Source: Octopus vulgaris
Lineage: Eukaryota
DNA length: 64,000 bases
NCBI GenBank assembly: GCA_951406725.2
Contig: OX597828.1
Location: forward strand, 37,386,001 to 37,450,000
Direction: 5' to 3'
Under the pieces are notes generated by a model. It was not told the origin of the DNA, did no database searches, and saw nothing but the letters and a program-made list of their open reading frames with translations. The position numbers and the translations under genes are program-made. This document shows positions 55,661 to 64,000 of the stretch, piece after piece (the stretch's first letter is position 1; the number at the start of each line of letters is the position of its first letter).

Positions 55661-56626
55661 AAAAGCATGTGTTGAGATTGACGGTTCAACATGATATACA
55701 TATACAAAAAAGTGCTGAAAAGTTCTTTGCCTTGTGTTAAAAAAAATACAGGAGGATCAGTTAACTATGAAACCAACTGTGCTGAAACTTTAAAGTTACA
55801 ATCAACGTTTTTGTAAAAGTATAAAATTATGAAATTGAAATCTATTGAATAATCGGCCTGTGTTCTAAGTGTTTGCCATGCCGCCGGGAAAGTGTTCCCC
55901 TCGTATGCAGGTACAATAGATTTAAATGCATGCAGGAACACCATCAAGATACATTAAAAAAATTGCAGCGGTAGACATTAGCACATTATTTCCGCAGCAT
56001 TTAAGCAAATTCAGCCCAACAGATATTCCCAGCACAGTAAAAGTACGCAAACAAAACAATCAATTCTCATCTACGATATCTGTATTAAATAAATATACAA
56101 ACAGGAAAGATGGCTAAACAATCAGATAATATTATCAAACCATATACACGTTAGAGATGTAAAATGCTATTTGCAGAAGAGTTTTTAACAACTCTGAGGA
56201 GATGCAGTGAAGTATGAAACGTCACCTAAGGCGTAGAAACAATGTTTAGTAATATTCTAGAGGGAGAACATTGCGAATTATACTGAAAATTATACATGCC
56301 TAGATAAAACTACCCACAATGATAACTAAAGTACAGAAGAACTTGTCAATCTGCTGTCAACAGAATTACATTTGTACAACGGAAGAAACATTGTACGATA
56401 GAAGTATTTTTGTATAAGTAAACATTTGTTTATATAATGCAAATTGTTTAAGCATCCGACGACGAAATTTTCATCGACCGTCCCTTAAGGCTCACAGTAT
56501 CAGCGTTCTGTATGACCATCATACAAACTAATACGGTATTAAGATGTGAACATCGGATATATGAGTGTGCGTGTACAGTTCTATATCTAAGAGGTGAGGA
56601 ATTACATTATGTAGATAATGTAAATA

Positions 56627-56704
<78 letters not shown>

Positions 56705-56839
56705 TGTATGTATGTATGTATGTATGTATGTATGTATGTATGTATGTATGTATGTGTGTGTGTATATACGTGTACATATATGCATACTTATATGCATATG
56801 AGTGCGTATATATGTACACACACAGAGATTGATAAATAC

Positions 56840-58440
56840 GTCGGTAGATAAAGGAAAAAATATGGCACTGTGGTGGTGGAGTTCGCTTCGGAAGACGAGG
56901 CCAAAGAACACTCCACAGTGCTCTCTAAAAACGAACGAGCTGGCGCTCCTGCCGACCTACTTAGGTCGAGGAGTCTGAAAAGTTAAAATTGGGGAAATGC
57001 TCCCAGAGATTGACGGTGTATAGGATGTGGCAGCTGTCCTGCTCGACATTGAGGACAAAATAAACTTACTACAAATTACCAAACAGCACAAACAGGACCG
57101 ATGGGGCAGGAAATAGAGATGCTAATCCAAGCAAATGAACAGGACCTAGAACAGATATCAGACCTGATAAAAATACAAGATAGCATAATACAGCTTGTGA
57201 TGGCGGGAGGGAGCAGACCCAGGTGTTACCGATGTCGGAAAAAAGACCAGCTCATAGCCTTCTGCTCACAGGGAGCAAGAGAGATAAGCCACCCCCAGCA
57301 AAGGAGACACCCCAACAGATCCCAACGAAACCAACCCAGAATGTACTACAAGTCTTCCCACTACCCACGAAGTAGCCAAGTCTATAGAACCTTGAGAAGA
57401 CATATCAACGTCCACGGCAGAGGCGGAAACCGCCACAGTCCAGAATCCAGTATTAGAAACTATTGCACCACCCACACAGGACGGTTCGCATTCTACACAA
57501 CCATCCAGTATACCAACCAACACCACTCTAATGGAAGACACCCAAAACCCAAAGGATTCACCTCTGATTGAGTTGAACCCTCCTGACAACAGTGGCGGAT
57601 GGAGAACGATATCCAAAAGAAAAAAGATAAGAAAAAACTCCACCCCAAGATTCCACCGAAACACAGACACACAACCATCTTCACTCACACCCACATTACA
57701 CCATCACCTCCACTGCTAGCTCCACACACCAACCACACAGTCACAAACCTCCTAGCCATCAGCACAACAAATACATCCCTCATGGAATACACACAAAGAC
57801 AACCTCAGCATCACACCGTACAAGTCCATTCCCCGCAATCACATGTCCCCAAGCACATTCAAATTCTAAACATATACAGTGACATTTACATTCAACTAAA
57901 AGACAAATACCCCCACTGACAGGTAATATCCACAAAGAACATTCTCAAAACACTTATACAAAAATTTAATTGAGGATACTCCACAAGCTACCCAAGGGAG
58001 TAGGAAAATCCGTCACTCTCCCTCAGTATACAACGTTAGTAATATCCCGCTTTTTCTTACTTTTCTCTCATGCTCCCGCTCAAGCTAGGCAGCATAAATG
58101 TACGTGGCCTCGGATCGCATTGGAAGCAAGAATACTTACTCAACGATCTCAGGTCACTGGATTTGGATGTAATAGTCATAGGAGACGAACTTGAGCGTGA
58201 ATTCGTAAGTCTTACGTGGCTTGTGGAATCTCTGCGTCCAATCCCAGCATGCTCCTCCTTTCGGAGTGCCACCTTGTTATTCTCATTTATATTTAAAATT
58301 TTCGAACTTTGTTAATTGTTACCACTGCTTACACACTATCACGTTTGTTATTTCATTTTGTTATCGATTATATGTATGACCCCACGTTGTCTGTCCTGTA
58401 CCGTCCCTCTGTGTAAAACCCTTAGAGACCAATAAAGAAT
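56840..58440 (+). mobile_element. Internally deleted L1/Tx1-clade LINE
   Basis: ORF1 remnant with knuckle RPRCYRCRKKDQLIAFC; ORF2 start at 58070 MLPLKLGSINVRGL..KQ..LL..L..LDLDVIVI (APE endonuclease N-terminus); then a jump to a 3' UTR ending aataaagaa. Confidence 0.8.
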
Positions 58441-58444
58441 TGAA

Positions 58445-58697
58445 TTTCTTGCCGAACAACCACACAGATAAATAGTTTATAGTGGTCAAATGTTTGTGTA
58501 GGCATAAGCTCACTCCCTCCATCAAATCGACATTACCTGTACAGGTGCAACTGGGTGCTACATGTCAGATAATGAAATGATCGCAGAGAAATGTGAAATG
58601 AAGTGCTTTGTTCAAGAATACAATGCAACGCCCGATCTGAGAATCGAAACCACGATCTCTAAATCGTGAGTGCAACACCTTTACCAATAAACCACCA
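58445..58697 (-). mobile_element. tRNA-derived SINE (family C-like head)
   Basis: Minus strand tggtttattggtaaagg..ggtttcgattctc..ttcttgaacaaagcactt. Confidence 0.65.
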
Positions 58698-58744
58698 CAT
58701 TCACACATACATATATGTATGCATGTATGTATACACTCACACAT

Positions 58745-58781
<37 letters not shown>

Positions 58782-58782
<1 letters not shown>

Positions 58783-59015
58783 TGGGTTGGTGCATAATTA
58801 ATTATTGCGACTTTTTTTTCAACAAATTTTATTCAATAAAAACATCTTTAAATGACAGTCTAACCGTCTGCCAAGCAAATGGGAAGCAGTAATTGAAGTA
58901 GATGGTGAATATGCTCCGGAATAATCATTTAAAGATGTTTTTGTTACATGTTCCTCTTGTTTTTGTTGAATAAAATTTGTTGAAAAAAAGCTGCAATAAT
59001 TATGCACCAACCCAA
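58782..59015 (+). mobile_element. Mariner deletion derivative retaining the transposase C-terminus
   Basis: TIRs ttgggttggtgcataatta / taattatgcaccaacccaa with TA flanks; 58862-58924 encodes NRLPSKWEAVIEVDGEYAPE* (mariner LP.RW..V...G.Y motif). Confidence 0.9.
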
Positions 59016-59536
59016 TATATATACATGTATATATAGTGAATCGGTTATACTTCTACATTCAAACACACGCATGCGCACACACACAGATATACAAGCAGGT
59101 ACACCCACACTAACACACACACACGGACGGCAGGCTTTGGCATATTTCCGTCTTATAAACTCCCACACACAAAGCACTGGTCAGCCCGAGACTACAAGAA
59201 GACACTTGCCCAATTTTGCTAAGCAGTGAAACTGAACTCCAAACCTCGTGAGTGCGAATTGCTCATCTACACAGCCATCAACGTTTGCGTGTGAGTGTAC
59301 GTACGTGCGGTTCTGTGTGTGTGTGCTTAAATTTATTGTTGTGAATAGCTCATTAAAGTCTTCAGACTTTATTGTTTCATTAAGAAACGAACAAGAATTT
59401 GGTCATTTTATTACCTTCTTGCGATGTCGTAAACAAAGGTGTTACTTTCCATGAAAGAAGCGTTTCGAAAAGTCATCAAGATTCTTGGGAAGGTGATGAT
59501 TTAACACCAGTTTTTCAGACAGAAAACACACACACA

Positions 59537-59664
<128 letters not shown>

Positions 59665-60112
59665 TACACACAAACAAGGATAAGTACACACGTACACACA
59701 CACATACCCACACAAGAAACGTATTTTTATTAGCTAAAGTCTAAATCTTCATTATTCTTTGTACTATATTTCAAGATACGAGTGAACATTGTGAGGTGTT
59801 CATCGTATCACACAGAGAGAACGTCTCGAGGAGTGACTTACGTGAAAAGTATTACAAGGGAATTGAAACCAAGTGTTTATTATGCTACCAATACACAACA
59901 ACACAAGGAGCATAGCGATGGGTACGGAAAATTAGTTGATTCCTGGTAATACATTTGGTAATATAGAAAATATTGTATAGTCCACTGCATGAGCAGTTTG
60001 TAGTCAACAATAAAACATGTATGTCCTTCACCTTGCTCGACTGAAGGCGGTGCTTCAGCATGGCCGTAGGCAAATTACTGAAGAAAAAATAATAGAAGAA
60101 AAGAAAAAAAGA

Positions 60113-60146
<34 letters not shown>

Positions 60147-60148
60147 TT

Positions 60149-60461
60149 AGACAAATGAATGAAAATGGAATTAACGACATTCTTTATTTTAAATCCGTAG
60201 AATGGTTTCGACCATTCTTACACATTTAATACGTAGATGATATGGCTGGGAAAGACACATCACACTGCGTATACATTATCAACCTGAGTGACATGGTGAG
60301 AGGGTATAACGAAGAACTTATTTAATCAACAACCTGAGGAGGCGCATTGCACAATTTGTGCTATGTCTCACCTATGTTGTAAAGAGGTTAGATTGCATCG
60401 AAACAATTGTAGTGAATTCTAAATAAAGAATGTCATCAATTCCATTTTCTTTTATTTGTCT
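60149..60461. mobile_element. Old Penelope-like terminal-repeat fold-back next to (TA)n
   Basis: agacaaat..aaaatggaattaacgacattctttattt versus aaataaagaatgtcatcaattccatttt..atttgtct. Confidence 0.7.
60331..60415 (+). ncRNA. Type I hammerhead fold with long stem II
   Basis: CUGAGGA 60334-40; GGCGCA/UGCAUC; GAAAC 60400-04; palindromic ACAAUUGU; GUA 60409-11; downstream AATAAA. Stem I is eroded to 2 bp. Confidence 0.55.
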
Positions 60462-60640
60462 TGTCATACAAACTCTACGGATGTTATGGAACTTCTGATG
60501 TATTTCCAGTGCCAAGTGTAGTACCACTTTATGATAACATCACGTAGCCAAGAACTGTGGATGCCCTTTATATAACATTCTATAACGTCTTTACTTGTAT
60601 CTTACTTAATTTTCTCTCTCTCTCGTTATATATATATATA

Positions 60641-61002
60641 CTAGCACTATGACCCGGCAGCCGGGTCATAGTGCTAGTGCATGCATATACAGCTGCGTGC
60701 GTGCGCACATACACGCGAGTACTGTCCAAATCTCCGATCAATCACATACAGCTAGCTGGCATTCAATTGGCATATCAAGTTTCGGTCATTTTCATTGGGT
60801 TTTGGATAGAAAATTCACAAAAAAGTCAATTCTATTGATTTTTTAATGGCTTTGCGGGGTGATTAGGGAAATCTAAAGATGTGCACAACCATTCTTGAAC
60901 GGTTTTAAATGACCATAGAAAGTGCGAGCCGTCTAACTAAAAAATTGTGGATTTGTATAAAGGACACACACACAATCATTTTGCCGTCTATATATAGAGA
61001 GA
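60641..61002 (-). mobile_element. Non-autonomous Helitron
   Basis: Minus-strand 5' TC, 3' CTAG and A|T target; perfect 18 bp-arm palindrome at 60640-60678. Confidence 0.8.
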
Positions 61003-61034
61003 TACATATACATACATACATACATACATACATA

Positions 61035-61498
61035 CCGTAAATCTTCGAGTATAGTCCTCCCTTGAGTATAATATGAAGGGGATTTTTAGGGGGCTGTACC
61101 TCTGAAAAACCTAAACCTTGTGTATAATACGCACCCCTTCTCCAACTTGAGTCGTGCGTAATTAAGCCAGCAGCACCTAGTCGAACAAACATAATGGTGA
61201 TGTTCTCAACTGTTGTATGGGAATGTAAATATGTTTGCAAATTGTTTTTGTTACATGTTATTCTGTGTTCTGGATACTTTTATTTTAATAAATGTTGCTT
61301 ACTGCAAGTTACGGATGATTCTTTTATGACTTCATTGCTTTCAGAATGCGTCTGAATAAACATTGCCGGACAGCAAATAGAGACTCGGATATTGCTTAGA
61401 AAATGTTTTTCATTTCTGACCTAGTATATAGTACGCACTAAGGATTTTGACCTTTAAATTTTTGGGGAGAAATGCGGATTATACTCGAGGATTTACAG
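61035..61498. mobile_element. pogo/Tigger-type (Tc1-mariner superfamily) MITE
   Basis: TIRs ccgtaaatcttcgagtatagtcc / ggattatactcgaggatttacag; TA flanks at 61033-34 and 61499-500. Confidence 0.85.
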
Positions 61499-61785
61499 TA
61501 TATCTAATAATTAAAATTCAGTTGAAATAGGTACTTAAATTGAGGCACGTTGCTAGTTCTGTATAGTCGGCACACCTCAACAATATTATTTGAATATTGA
61601 ATATCAAGACTCCGTGTAGAGGTGTTTGTACTTAATATTCCTGTCATGTGTGCAGACAACTTAACCCAGCTAAGTGAAAATATCCGCTCTTGGTAATTCA
61701 AACATATACTTTTTATATAAAGTTACTTTCGGTAGTATTTCCGAAGTGCAGATTCCAAGTTAGGTGAACAAAATACTTAGTTACT

Positions 61786-61828
<43 letters not shown>

Positions 61829-61905
61829 GTGTATACATATATATCTACCTACCTACCTACCTACCTACCTACCTACCTACCTACCTACCTACCTACCTAT
61901 CTATG

Positions 61906-61950
<45 letters not shown>

Positions 61951-62099
61951 GTCTGTCTGTCAGTCTGTCTGTCGGTCTGTCTGTCTGTCTCTCACTCTCT
62001 CTCTATATATACATATATATATATAGACATACATCATGTGTGTTTATAAATATATATATAATAGATGGATATATAGATATGTATATAGACATGTGTATG

Positions 62100-62320
62100 G
62101 GGAGGTCTTTGGGTTTGCCCTCACCATCCCTTGACAGCCGGTGCTAGTTTGTGGTCGCCTTCATAACTAGCAGATCGGCAAAAACAACCAATAGCATAAG
62201 TACAAGACTTCAAAAAAAAAATTATGTAAAAACAAAGTATTGCATTGAATATATTCAACCAAAACCCATTCAAGACGGTGTCCTTGCTTGTTTGTAGTCC
62301 AATGACTGAAACCAGTTAAA
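62100..62320 (+). mobile_element. SINE family B, 3' half, diverged
   Basis: cttgacagccggtgct..tcggcaaaa..ataagtac..aatgactgaaac. Confidence 0.6.
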
Positions 62321-62970
62321 GTCAGAAGATTAAAGAACGATAGGGGACGGCAATTATATTCAACCTTGGGTTAAACAGCAGCGACGACGAAGAAAATGAC
62401 GGAAGACGGCGGGAAGACGAACAGAAAACAAATCAAGATCATGTTAAAGTGTAAGAAGATTTCCAGTAACAATCAAAGACTACTGAGAAACAACAGGTTA
62501 CAAACAGCTATTACACCGTTGAGATAATATATGATTAGAGATAATTATAGTGCTGTCAATATATCTGTCTGTCTTCAGAGTCTCAACATACATCAGGACA
62601 CTGCTACCGCTACCAATATAACTACGCCACCGCCGCCACTACCACCACCACCACCACCACCAACATTATCCCGATTTCCACCCAGCCCTCCCAATGCACC
62701 ACTGCTATCATTACGTTCACCAACATCAATAACGTTACTGCAAACAACAGTGGACGACCCACGCCACCACCGTCAGGCCTTGTTCTTTAACTATCACATC
62801 GTTATTGACGGTAAAAGGAAATATGTCTTTCTTCCAGTTATTAATTAACCATTGTACTGCAGACAGATCAGTAGAAATAAACATTCACACATCTTACACA
62901 CACACACACATTTACATAGATATACGTATATTCGTATATATGTATATTTATACATGCATATATGTATAAG

Positions 62971-63010
<40 letters not shown>

Positions 63011-63184
63011 AACTCTCTCTCACACACACACACATGCGCACACGCACACACACATATTATTGAAATTTAACAGAAGCAGCAGAGTGATACAATAGGTGAG
63101 AGTTTCTTGCCTTATTAAACTTTGATAAATGCTAACGTACGAAACACTCGGCACTTGAATCACTGTTGCTTCTGCTAAATATCA

Positions 63185-63408
63185 ATAATAATAATTGTCG
63201 GAGCCCAGGGAAGAGAGAGTAAAAATCTCGAGAAGTACATGGAACAAATAGAGGCTGCAATAAGAGTGGAGCACTTGCAGAAAACGGCACTGCTTGGAAC
63301 CGCTCGAATAGTCCGGAAGATGCTCGAAAAATAAGCGGTGTTACCTTAGTCCACTGGTAGTGAACAGCTGACATCGTAGTACATCTCCAGCGTTAGAAGC
63401 TGTGCAAA

Positions 63409-63410
<2 letters not shown>
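63185..63410 (+). pseudogene. R4-like LINE 3' end (different subfamily) with (TAA)n tail
   Basis: 63191-63334 IIVGAQG..KNLEKYMEQI..LQKTALLGTARIVRKMLEK*. Confidence 0.85.
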
Positions 63411-63463
<53 letters not shown>

Positions 63464-63465
<2 letters not shown>

Positions 63466-64000
63466 CAACCCGAGGGAAGTACGGCAACTATTGTTGCAAA
63501 TAAGGTGAAAATAATGGCAACGAAAAAAGCGCACGAGAAATAGGCTGATAGGTGGGAGGAGAAATCTCTGCACGGCAAATATGTGGCCTGTAGCAAACAA
63601 GCTGATGTTGACCAGAAGCAAACCCATCAGTGGCTACGGAGCTCAGGGCTAAAAGCAGAGAGCGAAGGTTTCATCCTGGCTGCTCAAGATCAAAGCCTAT
63701 TAACCCGGAACTACCAGGCCAATGTGATGAAAAATGGAGCAGACCCAAAATGCCGATTCTGCAACGACATGATTGAAACAGTGGACCACCTAATCTCTGG
63801 ATGTAAAGTCTTATCCCCAGTGGAGTATAAATTAAGACATGACAGAGTTGGCCAATATCTACACTGGCTAATAAGTCGGCATTACAATATCAAAACTGCC
63901 GACAAGTGGTATAATCACCACCCTGAAGCTGTAACTGAAGGAGAAAATGTAACGATTCTATGGGGCTCTCCAGTACATACAGACCGAACCATCAAAGCCA
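63464..64000 (+). mobile_element. Young 5'-truncated R4/Dong-like LINE, runs off the window
   Basis: WEEKSLHGKY..WLRSSGLKAESEGFILAAQDQ..CRFC..RHD; in-frame TAG at 63541; near-identical to 28840-29180. Confidence 0.9.

Noticed and set aside
56194-56223. CUGAGGA-GAUGC..GUAU-GAAAC-GUC hammerhead-like core
   Set aside because: The core is suggestive but the flanks cannot form stem I, so it was not called as a feature.

Overview
AT-rich, microsatellite-saturated animal genomic DNA. By inference from the SINE families and repeat landscape it is probably an octopus or other coleoid intron or intergenic region. I recognise no host protein-coding exon, and almost all supplied ORFs are translations of (TA)n, (CA)n, (TATG)n, (CTAT)n or (TAA)n tracts. 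The real content is retro- and DNA-transposon debris. It includes several tRNA-derived SINE families, seven 3' fragments of RLE-type R4/Dong-like LINEs next to trinucleotide tracts (mostly (TAA)n), a CR1-like 3' end, a deleted Tx1/L1-like element, mariner/pogo MITEs, two non-autonomous Helitrons and decayed Penelope-like remnants. The most notable signal is a set of type I hammerhead-ribozyme folds from several unrelated repeat families. Most lie beside (TA)n tracts, several are embedded in fold-back inverted repeats, and two families have non-canonical cores. Other points are a telomerase-like heptamer reiteration at one hammerhead-family junction, a SINE tail shared with the Tx1-like LINE, and a ~0.9 kb minisatellite packed with TTCCAGGAA (STAT/ETS-type) motifs. 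All structures were read by eye and no folding or database search was run. Element boundaries are approximate unless termini are quoted.
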